From a virus, in IMG/VR virus record IMGVR_UViG_3300037193_000639, positions 11,557-75,556 of that record: a DNA stretch of 64,000 bases, one strand, 5' to 3'. The number at the start of each line of letters is the position of its first letter. Position 1 is the first letter of the stretch. Shown here piece after piece: positions 50,200-61,199 of the stretch. A program made the translations under genes and the position numbers. Below the pieces are notes generated by a model. That model saw only the letters and a list, made by a program, of their open reading frames with translations. It had not been told where the DNA came from and searched no databases.

Positions 50200-50850
50200 C
50201 TATCCATGTACAGGAAAAGCTTGATTTACTTGTTCTGCTATCAGTAATGCAAGTTGCACATGTTCGAGTTGTGTAACACCTTCCTCAGTTCGGACTTCAA
50301 AATAATGAATCCAACTACGAAGAGTCCCATTCACGTACAGGCGACTCATCGTAAGACCTTCTGGCAAGACTACGCGAGCAACTTCTTTGGCGATGCCCTT
50401 CTTAAGAGACTCTTTGTACACCTCCTTTGCGCGTTGCAGAACAAGTTTTTGCTGATCTTCCCACCACAACTTCAGCTCCATGTCGTCTGTTTCTAGGCTG
50501 TTTTGGCGGTTTTTTATATCCTGCATGCGCAAATCACGAAGACAGAACGCTTGCTCAAGTTGAGACACGTCTGCATAACGTTGGCTAAACTCTTGAAAAG
50601 AAAAGCTTCTATGTCGCAAAAGCTGTCGTGCAATATCTCGCGGAGATTCCACTTCAACAACAGCATTTGCCATTTCAAACGGACTCCAATGCTTGTGTTT
50701 TTTCAGATACCCTAGTAACTTTTCTGCAGTGTCCATGTTATGTTGATTTGATGGATTGGATACCCGTGCGCAATACGCAATAAGCTCCCCAACATCTTCA
50801 ACACCATCTATAACAGGTTGTGTGACTGCGATCAATTTTGCTTTAAACAT
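50200..50850 (-). CDS. thyX: Flavin-dependent thymidylate synthase
   Basis: HWSPFE and RHRSFSFQEFSQRY signature. Confidence 0.95.
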   Translation of the reverse strand: MFKAKLIAVTQPVIDGVEDVGELIAYCARVSNPSNQHNMDTAEKLLGYLKKHKHWSPFEMANAVVEVESPRDIARQLLRHRSFSFQEFSQRYADVSQLEQAFCLRDLRMQDIKNRQNSLETDDMELKLWWEDQQKLVLQRAKEVYKESLKKGIAKEVARVVLPEGLTMSRLYVNGTLRSWIHYFEVRTEEGVTQLEHVQLALLIAEQVNQAFPVHG

Positions 50851-51289
50851 TTAGAACGACCTCTTCATAGTATTTCATCTCTGCAGATTTTCTAGCACAG
50901 CATGCTTCAAAGAAATCACGAAATCTCCCAAGAGTGATTTGACTTCCTTTGACACGTATGTACGCCTTCCAAGAACTTGTTTGCTTTTCTTTGTAAACAC
51001 CTGTTATACCTGACTTATTATCTCTACTAACACGTTGATTGAAAGATTGAATGGATTTTATTTCCCACTTACAATTTTCTTTACTATAACCCTTATTGTT
51101 ATCTTTGCGCTCTAAGGATAAATCTTCGGACGGGCGTTCTCCCATGTCTTCTAGGAAGAAGTTAAAACTTGTTAACCATCTATCACAAACGACTATTCCG
51201 CGCCCTCCATATCTTTCGTACTCTGGAGGCTCGGGATTCAAACATCGTTGTTTCATATTGATCCAAGCATTATACTCTGGAGTTGCCAC
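50843..51289 (-). CDS. HNH-like/AP2 homing endonuclease
   Basis: W..MKQRC...YGGRGI.VC.RW..F..F..DMGERP...SLER.DN..GY...NC.W. Confidence 0.85.
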   Translation of the reverse strand: MATPEYNAWINMKQRCLNPEPPEYERYGGRGIVVCDRWLTSFNFFLEDMGERPSEDLSLERKDNNKGYSKENCKWEIKSIQSFNQRVSRDNKSGITGVYKEKQTSSWKAYIRVKGSQITLGRFRDFFEACCARKSAEMKYYEEVVLNV

Positions 51290-51307
51290 ACTTACCTTCT
51301 ACTGTAA

Positions 51308-51888
51308 TCACTCCTCACCTCCAAACCGTTTATGCACTTTAATCTTGAACTCTTTCTGTTTCCCTTCCATCTTTTGCGCATAGTACGTGCATATTAGAGC
51401 CAACAATGGTACAGAAACAGGAGATGTCAGAAGCACCAATACCCCCACAGCAACATAAATGATTGCCCACAGGAATTCCTTGCCGTGTTCGTACAGCTCG
51501 CTCCAAAGATAGCAGTCACGCAGGTTCTTTAAAAGAAATATTTCAGTAGCGACCTCTTTTAAGTGTTTTATGTACAGATTCACTCTGCCACCTCTACAAT
51601 CTCATAAATACCATCACCGCCAAAAGACGAAGCAGCAAAGTTCCGTTCACCAACATCATCTAGGAAATACTCTTCTCCGTCTTCATCAAGCCCCTCGATC
51701 ACGTAAATCTTGCCGAGGGTTACATCTTCAAGTTGGAAGCGCTCCTTAGCACCTGTAAATCGTATTTTTGTGTCAATGTTCAGTGTCTCAATTCCCTCGA
51801 TACTCATCTTGTCTCTCCTTGGTAAGCTGTACAGGTTAATTGGTGGCAGCTCTAGTGTGGGCCAATCGATCACTTTACGACCTCTCAT
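51308..51888 (-). CDS. Two hypothetical genes (membrane protein 51308-51583; 51580-51888)
   Basis: ORF track. Confidence 0.5.
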
Positions 51889-52291
51889 AGCAAAACATGT
51901 GCTCCTCCAACCGCATGCAACTCATTTTCTTTGCCCACTTTGGCTTCACAATGACATGGTGGAACCATTTTACATTCTCATTCATGAGAACTACTCCAAC
52001 ACCCTCCATCCGCTTCAATAAATCTTTCATTTCGACATTATATTTCAAAATTGGCTTCTTGTCAAACCATGAAAACTGCCCCGGCTGTGCAATTACTTGA
52101 CAGACACTCTTCCCTGTTGCTTTTACGCGATTCAATATGACATCCATCACAGCCCTCTTGCCTACGTCGCTTTGTGTGTTGGCTTCGTAGTAAATTGCAG
52201 ACACCATGCAACGTTTTTCTGACAGAGCATCCTTTGCAACAGCTTGAAAGGGAATAATGGAGAGGGCTAGGATGAGAAGACGCTTTAACAT
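51875..52291 (-). CDS. SleB-like cell wall hydrolase (Hydrolase_2)
   Basis: Signal peptide; AIYYEA...V..VILNRV...VC.V..Q..QFSW; H.F. Confidence 0.85.
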   Translation of the reverse strand: MLKRLLILALSIIPFQAVAKDALSEKRCMVSAIYYEANTQSDVGKRAVMDVILNRVKATGKSVCQVIAQPGQFSWFDKKPILKYNVEMKDLLKRMEGVGVVLMNENVKWFHHVIVKPKWAKKMSCMRLEEHMFCYERS

Positions 52292-52448
52292 CGGGCTTCC
52301 TCGATCGGATAGTGCACTTCTTCGTAATCATATACGAGATTAAACAAAGCACCGAAACGATTGAACTCAGGTGATCCTGTTTCTGGTGGGTTGTCGAAGT
52401 ATACTGACAGGTCTTTCAATGCAACCTTGTACTCTTCCTCAGTAGTAA

Positions 52449-55375
52449 TCATTTTGAACCCTCCACAACAGCATCCACAGCCTCTTCAAAATGCTGCGCA
52501 ACAGAGCCTTTCATGATACTCACACCTACAGGGACTGGAATTCTTTCAATGTGGAATATTGGCCTCCAACCTCCCGAATACATGCCACCAACACGCAGCT
52601 TCACAGTTTCCCATCGTTCCGCTTGTTTGGCAATGTGTTCAATGTACTCAGCAAGCTCGTAGTAAACATCTTTCTTATGTGCATCTTTTAAAATTGCTAA
52701 AGCCTCTTCTTTAGTTATCATACAACCTCCACAGCATTCCGCTGGTTTCTCTTACACCCTTCACACTCTGTATCTACAGTATCCCTACTGTATTGGCAAT
52801 CCGTAGTCATCCTGTTTGGAGCATCCCTAAATACTGGAATGCGTGTGTAGCTCCCATCAACATAAACACATTTCCACCCTGTTTGTACTTTTAAGGATGA
52901 TTTGAAGTCATCTCTGTTGTAACATCCGTAAGTCATTCCATCCTTCCCGCTAGTTTTCCGTGTAAATAATCAATGTATTCTAGTTGTGACATTACTACAC
53001 CATTCACTGTGTAGGTGATCGTGTCTTCAGCTGCTCCAACGATCTGCGTATCTAGCTCCCACCTCTCCCCTCTTTTGACTCGCTCTGCTAGTTCCTTTGG
53101 AGTGATGGTTTCGCCGTAAGGAGCTACTACCTGCTGCGCCTTGGCCTGCGGAGGGGGCGTCAAGTTCGCGCAGCGCCTGGATTTCCTGAATAGCAGCGCC
53201 GATTGATGCAGCGTGTCTCCCGGCGCTTCGCGGTGCCACGCTGCATAGAGCATGTCCAGAGTGTCGCCGTAGCTGCTACCCTGCGGCATCTCTAACTGCG
53301 GTGGCGCGGCGTTAAGCGCCTGATCAATTGATTCGTATCCAAGGTTGCGAGCCTTGACGAGCCAACGATCAAGCGGGCACTTCGGCTTCGCCTCTTGCTG
53401 CCCAGCCTCACTAGATAGCGCGGGGGCAGCGAATACCAATGGCTCAATTCGCGTTATCAAGGCTTCGTTGACGTGCTGCGGTCCTGTTCCTTTTAGAACA
53501 GGTATGCAGTCTTCGTGCATACTGCCAACGCGGCGGAAATAAACCATTTCCGCTACCGGCTCCTGCCTTACCTGCTGCGCTGAAGAGATGGCGGATTCGA
53601 ACTGCGCTAGTAGGTCTTTTGCTGCTTCCTCACTGACCATGTGGCCTGATTCAAAGCCGCAGCCAATAAGTGTTCTCGCAATTTCCAGCGTGTCGGTGTG
53701 GTTGGTCATATCGAGCCTCACTTTCCGTACCACATGTATGCAGGACGCACGGCGCAGATTGCGGCCCACTCACCGGCAATGTGTCCCCAATCCTCGACAT
53801 ACACACGCCAGCCGAGGTCAGTATCAACATCGCCGCCGTCATATCGTTTGTCCCATCCCTCACACTTCATAGATGTCGAGTCTTCCGATTCCAGCCACCT
53901 GTGAATCATCGGCGCGAGTTCGGCCGCCCCCATAGGAGCTGGGAGTTTTTGCGCTCCATTGGAATCAGTCCAGAACAGAACGAAGCCTTTTTCAGGAATG
54001 AAGCGCCAGCACTTAGCAGCATTGAATCCACTTTGCAAAAAGGCCAGATCCAGCACCTTCGTCAAGGCATCAAGGCCGGTGCCGTTCACGTTGAAAATTC
54101 TGTTATCCATCACCCCTCCTTCTGTTCAATCTCGCCATTCGGCAGCGGTGCGGCAATAGGCCAAGAATCACCGCAGTCAATGCATGTAACCTGATTGCCA
54201 GATACAGACAGATCGAAGTGCGCATCAGGATGGTTCTTGCATTCCAGTGTGTTCGGCAGCGGTTGTCCCTGAGGGGAGGGTGCGGCGGCAATAGCGTCGT
54301 ATTGCTCTTCTGTGATAGCGCCAACGGCGGCGAGCAAGTCTTCCCACTGCCAGTCTTCCTCGGCCATAACGGACTGCATGGCGCTGTTCGGAATCATCGG
54401 CACCGCTACCCAACCATCAGGCACCTTCTGCTGCGCTGCGATGGAGAGCCGGGATTCAATGGCGCGGGCACCAAGAAATGCCTCTTTCGCTGAAACTGTG
54501 TGTTCTGCACGACTACCAAGCCAGCGATTGAATAACTGCTCATCGCTCAACCCTGCGGACACCGGCGCAAGATTTTTTCGCGGCGCTACTTCTTTCCCAT
54601 CGTTATAGCCAGCGTCATACCACTCTTGCTTAACGCCCCACGGTATTTCATCCTCCCGTTTGTTCCGGTCGGCGGCGATGGCGGAAAGAGCGTAGTCAAC
54701 TCGGGCATTAGCGTAGGCTTCCATTTGGTCAGCGGTGAAAGCTCGCAACGCCTGTGTGCCAACAACAATGACGCCTTCAGGCTCCGGCAGTTCAGGCTCA
54801 AGCTGGGTGGGTTGTGTGTACAACATGCCGCCCTCCGTGCAAACCACAGGCGCACGCTGACCTGCAGCAATCAAGTCTGCATACAACTCTTGTGCTGTCC
54901 GATATACACACTTGTCATTCCTAATAACAGCGGTCATCTCCTCTGTCAGCTTAACTGGCATAGTCACAAAATCTTTATTCATTTCTCTTCGCCTCCTTCA
55001 ACACTTCCTGAGCCTTCACAGTAACATCTAAGATACTTTTCAATATACCTGCATTCCCTTTACTGATAGGGATGTGCATATAAGCATCTTGCAGCACAGC
55101 TTCCATTTCTTTGATGAGGTCTAGTAGTTCTTTGTTTGTCATTCTCAGCTCCCTTTAAATACCTTGCACCGAAAGCATTCCACATAAGAGTCATCTTCTT
55201 CAAATTCAAAGCAAAGAAGCCCAGTAACGGGATGTATTACCTCAGCACGCTTAACTGTGTTGATCTGCTGTCCAGATTTGAATGGTTTAGGTGTAGCCTT
55301 GCCTCTCTTCTTCCACACCTTGCAACCAATCATACTTTTATAACGCTTAATATCTTCTTCAGTTTCTTTTTTCAT
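52449..55375 (-). CDS. Accessory hypothetical genes (52449-52721, 52718-52936, 52933-53709, 53718-54113, 54110-54982, 55145-55375)
   Basis: Packed ORFs; the central ones are GC-rich with prophage-type QEPVA/VPDGW..VP motifs. Confidence 0.55.
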
Positions 55376-55394
55376 GTTCAGCTCCCTAAACAAA

Positions 55395-55431
55395 ACAAGC
55401 CCAGTGTACTCTCATACAAAGGGCTTGTCAA
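55395..55431 (-). promoter_or_regulatory. sigma70 promoter embedded in a terminator-like hairpin
   Basis: TTGACA-17-TACACT on - strand; arms ACAAGCCC/GGGCTTGT followed by TTTG. Confidence 0.7.
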
Positions 55432-55444
55432 GAAGGATTTACAT

Positions 55445-56320
55445 TTAAGCTGCAAGAGGCTCTTCTCTCTCGCTCTTCTCAGCAATCTCAAGCGTTTCTG
55501 CGAATTGCAGAAGCTCAAGGCTGATACGCATGAGTTCATCCTTCGAAGCTTCAGGAGAAACCATCACCTGAACATGCTCAGAAGAAAATGTGAGCACGTC
55601 TGGGCTGTCTGTCTTTCTGCGCTTCTGTTCCCCACGCTCTGCACGTCCTTGTTCCACAGCCCTACCAATCAGCTCTGCAACAGCGGATGTCTGTTGGGCC
55701 TCTTCAGGCTTTCCTTTAGAGGTTTTCTCAGGCTGCTTGCCTTCCTCTGCCTTTGGCTGTTCAGTAGCCTTGGGAGCTTCCTTCGGAGGCGTAGGCTGCT
55801 TCACAGGCTTGCCAACAAGAGCAAGAACGCTGTTGATGCCCTTGAGGTTATACTGCTCAAGGTGCTGAACCAAAGCATTGATTGCAGCCATTTCTGCTCG
55901 GTTCTCGATAAGCTGAGAAACCTTCTCTTGCCCAATCCAATCAAAAAGCTCTGCATTTGCATCTATCCGCCTACGAACTGTCTTATAATCTGAACCATAC
56001 TGCGTCTCACAGTCATAGCCAGCTTGAGTATAGATCTTCTGCAGGGCTTGCTTGCTCTCACGAGAAATACCATCAGTTTCCGTAAAAAGAATCAAACCTG
56101 TAGCCAGCTCAAGTTGCAACGAGTAGCGGTACGAAATAGCTGCATTCGTAATAGCGCTAATCATTGTCTGAGTAGACACTGCAATACGCTTCTCCTGTGG
56201 TTTCTCAGAGGAGATTTTCTCCAGATTCTTCAGAGCACCATCAATTATTGCTGGAGCAGGCTGTGCCTCAATAGGCTTTGCAGGGCTGCGACGGGTTTTG
56301 CCGGTATTCTTGATGTTCAT
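55445..56320 (-). CDS. Hypothetical protein with its own promoter and terminator
   Basis: RBS AAGGAG, ATG 56320; optimised codons; Pro/Glu/Lys linker. Confidence 0.75.
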   Translation of the reverse strand: MNIKNTGKTRRSPAKPIEAQPAPAIIDGALKNLEKISSEKPQEKRIAVSTQTMISAITNAAISYRYSLQLELATGLILFTETDGISRESKQALQKIYTQAGYDCETQYGSDYKTVRRRIDANAELFDWIGQEKVSQLIENRAEMAAINALVQHLEQYNLKGINSVLALVGKPVKQPTPPKEAPKATEQPKAEEGKQPEKTSKGKPEEAQQTSAVAELIGRAVEQGRAERGEQKRRKTDSPDVLTFSSEHVQVMVSPEASKDELMRISLELLQFAETLEIAEKSEREEPLAA

Positions 56321-56385
56321 GTCATTCTCCTTTAAAAGTTTGGCTTTGCACAATTGCGTCTGCCATGTAAAACATCTTAAAGGAG

Positions 56386-56414
56386 AGTATAGCCTTGTCC
56401 TTGCGAAAAATCAA
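56386..56414 (-). promoter_or_regulatory. sigma70 promoter
   Basis: TTGATT-17-TATACT. Confidence 0.65.
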
Positions 56415-56417
56415 GCT

Positions 56418-56657
56418 TTATTTAGAATTCCTATCAGAATTCAATTTTGCTCCCCTCTTTTCACGCGCTGTTGCAATAATTCCATCTGCTTCAGGCCAAC
56501 TTCCATTTATGATTGCCTGAGAATAATCGAGGTCCATCTCTACATGATTTAAGTAATCAAACAATTCTTTGAAAAATTGTTGCCGATCTTCTGGTAAGCG
56601 CTCAATCTCCAGCGTTACCTTCCTGTTTCTAGTACACAAGTCGCAGTTACACATCAA
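56418..56657 (-). CDS. Hypothetical protein
   Basis: ORF track; N-terminal CxCxxC. Confidence 0.5.
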   Translation of the reverse strand: MMCNCDLCTRNRKVTLEIERLPEDRQQFFKELFDYLNHVEMDLDYSQAIINGSWPEADGIIATAREKRGAKLNSDRNSK

Positions 56658-57298
56658 AATCCCCTCGCAGCATTAAATTGCTCCCAAACACGTTCACGGC
56701 TATCTGCTTCTTCCCCGTGTCTTTCTGTGTATTCTTCACCTTGCTCGTTTAACTGTTGAATCATTTTCTTCCTATACTCTATAGCCATCTCTTTGGCAGC
56801 ATCTCCGTATTTCCTTACCGAAAACGCTTTTGATTTAGCAACACCATCTTGCCTCCAAGTTGCCACCCAGTATTCGCCACGCCAGCCATCAGGCCATTCT
56901 GTCTCTCTAAAGTAAACCCCTGTCACACCTGAAGAGTTATTTGAATACTGTCTCTGGTTCTGAGCATTACCTTTATCTGTAGTGCAACGTAGATTTGTCT
57001 TCACATTGTTTAAACCGTTGCCGTCTTTGTGGTCAACTACGTCCGTTGTACTTAAAGCATTTCCAAGTAGCACCCACACGATACGATGAACTAGAAAATG
57101 GGAACCGCAAACTCTCACCCTCCAGTAACTTCCATCTAACCCTCCTGCAACATCTCCCACTTCTCCAGACTTATACCCTGAACCTTTCCCTTTGCGCCTT
57201 TCTATTTTCCAACGCAAGCAGCTAGGAGAGGTTTCGTCATATTCAAGCAACGTATCTAGCACCTCTTTTGGGGGTATATCTTTAAACACACGCCTCAC
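56654..57298 (-). CDS. HNH homing endonuclease with AP2-like C-terminus
   Basis: YDETSPSCLRW; HRIVW...VDHKDGN..NN...NLR; YTERHG. Confidence 0.88.
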   Translation of the reverse strand: MRRVFKDIPPKEVLDTLLEYDETSPSCLRWKIERRKGKGSGYKSGEVGDVAGGLDGSYWRVRVCGSHFLVHRIVWVLLGNALSTTDVVDHKDGNGLNNVKTNLRCTTDKGNAQNQRQYSNNSSGVTGVYFRETEWPDGWRGEYWVATWRQDGVAKSKAFSVRKYGDAAKEMAIEYRKKMIQQLNEQGEEYTERHGEEADSRERVWEQFNAARGF

Positions 57299-58191
57299 AA
57301 ATCGTCCTCATCACGCCAGCCTTGGAAAATCGGGAATCGGTAACTGTCCTTCATGCCTACAGCGAAATACTTGAACTTCGCCAGCTTGCCGAGATACTTA
57401 TCTTTGTTAGCCCAAACTTCTACACGTCCTGCATCATCAAAACCGCTACCCATTGTGAAACGAATTCCGTTACATTCACAGATTAGCGCACCAAGCGTGT
57501 TCGCACCAATAAGACCGTCTTTAGAAGATGAGCGTTCGGAGTACCCGAGTTCATTAGTCTTCTTCTCGTTGGTGTTTGTCATCTTCTCTTCGAAACCGAT
57601 GACAACTGCTTCAGCGTCTTCAAAGCGTTTTACTTTGCCGATGATACCTTCCTTTGCAGTAGAGCGACCTTGCTTGTATCGGCCATTAGGGTCACGAACC
57701 ATCACACCTTCATATCCTGCATCAAGAGCCTCTGCTTCAAATTTCAGCAAATCTTCTTCGGAGAAGATAGTATGAATAGCAACCGAAACAACTTGAGGTT
57801 GATTTTCAGAAGTCTTCAAGACATGTGTGAAGAACCTTTTATCATATTGTTCGTCGGAGTGTACGTAATCAAACACAGCAAATGTAATTTGACGTTCATC
57901 AAACTCTGGTTTCAAGTCAGTTGACATGCATGCTTGTGTTGTTAGATTAAACACGTTTGGAGCGTTCCAGTCCCCGTAAAGAAGTTCGCCGTCTAGGCCG
58001 TTCAGTTCAGACCGTCCAAAAAGTTTTTGAACTGCCTTAGATCGGATTGGCTTCATCGAGCGGCTGTACACTACGCCGTCAATCACAATCGCACGAATGC
58101 CATCAAGCTTTACTGATACCATCTGAGGGTATTTCAGCTTGCTTGTGTCATCTACTGTGTATGCCAAGAGTGGCTTAAAATTTGTTGTCAT
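57295..58191 (-). CDS. ATP-dependent DNA ligase
   Basis: KLDGIR, LDGEL, VFD, EGVMVR, KVK; terminal RFP.F...R. Confidence 0.93.
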   Translation of the reverse strand: MTTNFKPLLAYTVDDTSKLKYPQMVSVKLDGIRAIVIDGVVYSRSMKPIRSKAVQKLFGRSELNGLDGELLYGDWNAPNVFNLTTQACMSTDLKPEFDERQITFAVFDYVHSDEQYDKRFFTHVLKTSENQPQVVSVAIHTIFSEEDLLKFEAEALDAGYEGVMVRDPNGRYKQGRSTAKEGIIGKVKRFEDAEAVVIGFEEKMTNTNEKKTNELGYSERSSSKDGLIGANTLGALICECNGIRFTMGSGFDDAGRVEVWANKDKYLGKLAKFKYFAVGMKDSYRFPIFQGWRDEDDL

Positions 58192-58830
58192 TTATTCTCC
58201 AATAATTCTGTCAAAATATTCTAGTACATCACGCAACATTGCTTTCCGCCCTTTCAGCCACAAAACGTGGTCGCTGAGTGAATGCGTGTCCATACTTGAA
58301 TAGTGAGTTTGAAGTTCTGCTCGAACCTCTTTCAAATCGTACAAACCTTCGCGCTCGTGGATGTTAATACTCAAACCATCCATCATCATGCCTCTTAAAA
58401 TATTCTTCCAACTGCTTCAAAACAAACTGAGCCTCTTCAGGCATTCTATATAGACTTGTATCTTTATCCACCTTCTTGATGTACTTCCAATCAAACCTGA
58501 ACACCTTCTTCGGCTTCCACCATTGTTTGAAGTGCAAAATTACCTTAGTGTAATACCCGTTGACACCTTCTACAACTTTTGTTTCGTAATAATCCACTTG
58601 GCCTAATAGACTTTTTGATAATATCATTCTTCTTCTTTCTCCATCATTTCTCTGTAGATCGCTTTACTTGCTTGCAGAGCGTTCCAAGATTCCCTATATT
58701 CACCTTCATAATACATTGTCCAGTGGTGGTATTGTCCACCATTCCTTACAGCCGTACGCCAATACTTTTTATTCATCCTACAACGTCTGGCGAGGTTCAC
58801 AAGAATAGCCAATGCAATGTCTTTATTCAT
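58192..58830 (-). CDS. Three small hypothetical genes
   Basis: 58192-58389, 58364-58627, 58624-58830. Confidence 0.5.
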
Positions 58831-58857
58831 CCTAATCTCCTCAATAAAATTTCACTC

Positions 58858-58982
58858 ATTGTATCCATTGAAAACCATTCCGTCAAGAATTATTTGTTCT
58901 TAACATTGAGAATTTAACACGTTGCGTCTTTACAAAATATTTCCACAACAATCTTGACAGGGCGAAATATTGAGAATAATCT
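58858..58982. promoter_or_regulatory. Divergent sigma70 promoter region
   Basis: - strand TTGACG-17-TACAAT (58886-58858); + strand TTGACA-17-TAATCT (58954-58982); gene orientation switches here. Confidence 0.75.
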
Positions 58983-59026
58983 ACACACATCGACAACAGA
59001 GTTGAGACATAGCTAAAGGAGGGAAC

Positions 59027-60925
59027 GTGAAAAAGTCTGAACTGCTTAAGGAAGCGAAGAAGTATTTGTGGGATGGGAAAGGTAGTAGGCTGGAATCAGG
59101 AAAAGATAGATATATTTGCTATGCAATAAGCGACGCATCTGATCGAATTGGTTGTTGGCGTACTAGTGTAGAGCATGAACTTATTAATTGGATTGATAAA
59201 CTTCTTGGGAGACGAGCGGTGTACCTTGAAGATTGGCTTCAGGAATTTCACCCAGATTTTCCTCGTCATGACAGTCGTAAAATGCAACAACTGCGCAAGA
59301 AATGGCTCAACTGGATGATCAAATATTGGCAGGAGCGCGGAGAATGAGTGACATCACAAAATGCTCTGGAGTGTTGTGGGGCGACGGTGCAGTTGAAAAT
59401 GTGGTGTATTGCCCAATGAAAGACCAATGCTATAGGTACACAGTACCGGAAAACTCATACAGACAGTCTTACTTCTGCGAACCACCTATCAAACAAGGCG
59501 AAGATGGTGTAGTTAGTTGTAGACATTTTTGGAAAGATGAAAATGAATGACGATTTCATAGAAGTAGACGGGAAGAAGTGCTTGCCTGTAAAACTTGAAG
59601 ATCCTAGCTCTGCAGTATGTGAAAACTGCGAAGAAGTCAGTGACCCTCGGCTGTGTTACAAAGTAATGCCGGACTGTGTGAAACAGCGTGGAGGATATTT
59701 TGTAACACAGGAGGTGAGTAATGAGTGATGATAAAACAATAGGTCAGAAATGCTACCAACTCTATCTCATGTCAAAGAAGAATCTTGAGGGAGACAATCC
59801 AGATCTGGCTGACGAGGTAATTGTGGCGTTATGGCAATCGTTAGACGGCCTACAGAATGAAAACAATGCCCTACAAAAACTTGTAGGAGAGCAGCAACAA
59901 CGTCTTGCTAAGTATTACCATCAGAATGAAATTCTTAGCACACGTCTAGCCAAAGCTACAGGAGATAAATCTTTGAATGTAGGAGAGTTAGATAGTGCAA
60001 CAGAATCTTAATGCTTCCTTACATAAACCTTGCAATTTGTAAAATAACTGCCATACTTTACATACTTAAATACCAGAAAGGGGTAAGATGAACAAAAAAG
60101 ATCAAGTAGTAGAAGTTTTGAATAATGCCCGTAGCCTTATTGAGCCGCGAGGGAAATGGATTAAAGGAGCAGAAGCCAAGACCCATGCAGGACGTATTGT
60201 GGGTGCAACTGACCAAAAAGCTTGTAAGTTCTGTGCAATTGGCGCGCTAAATGCCGCAGGGACCTACACAGATATGCACACCATGTCTGCTGCACAAGAT
60301 TTCCTAGACGTAGCAATGGTCACTGATATCTCTTGGGATGATATTGAACAAGTGAATGATAGAAGCACAACCAAACAACTACATGTCCTCATGGCATATG
60401 ACTTCGCCATTCTGATGGCAGAAGATGATCTGAGGAAGAAAACTAAACGAGGCACGAGAGCGTCTTAGCAAAGTTGTACAAGCACTGGAGGATTGATGGC
60501 AACCACAGATTTTCCAAACTATACTGATACCCTGCTCAGGATAAAGCAAACTGAAGTGAACATTGCAAATAGCCGCATTCTCGATATGATGAATATCCTC
60601 CTTAACGTTTGGAAAGACCTTGAGGAAGGTGACTCGGATTCAGCCTGCCGAGCAGTATTCAAACTACAGAAGTCATTGTACTGTGATTCTTCTGAAGCAT
60701 TTGAAGAAGTGGTTGAGACAATGCAGAGAATTTGGAAGGAGACAACTTAACATGAACGTAGAACGCTACACAGAGGGCTTCCGACCCATCACAATTCAAA
60801 TCACTTCTAAAGAAGAGTTGAGAGCACTTATGAGGATGGCAGACCAATATGCAGTAACAGGGGATGTTCCGAAGTATACAGAGATTGCTGAAAAGCTTTC
60901 TCAAAATTTAGCGAGTTTGGCATGA
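59027..60925 (+). CDS. Cluster of small early-type hypothetical genes (59027-59347, 59344-59550, 59537-59728, 59721-60011, 60088-60468, 60493-60750, 60752-60925)
   Basis: Packed ORFs, mostly with RBS; extra promoter TTGCAA...TGcCATACT at 60030-60057. Confidence 0.6.
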
Positions 60926-61168
60926 AGTTACTTTCAATTGCTATCATTACTGTTGTCCTACTTGGTTGTGGGAGAAAACCGTACTCTGAAGACTGGCAAC
61001 CTGATCAAAGCACTGCGAAGACAAATCTTTAACGAATGTTTGTCTAAAGTACCTCAAGGGCCACAATCAGTTCACGAGAAAGGGGACTGGGAAGGTGTTG
61101 TAGAAGAATGTGGTCAACAAGCTTACTACATGTCATTGTATGACGCAAACAAACTGAAAGAGAAATAA
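60922..61168 (+). pseudogene. Lipoprotein gene with apparent 1-nt frameshift
   Basis: MKLLSIAIITVVLLGC lipobox frame stops at 61032; removing one A at 61007-61009 joins it to ...DQALRRQIFNECL... Confidence 0.6.
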
Positions 61169-61199
61169 ATTAAAACACGATTAGAGAACTGGAGAAACA

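Larger units (their letters stand above)
706..58912. repeat. Dispersed palindrome TTCTCA-N4-TGAGAA (8 copies)
   Basis: Perfect at 706, 11684, 29121, 37371, 37553, 51975; one mismatch (TTCTTA) at 44707, 58897. Confidence 0.85.
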
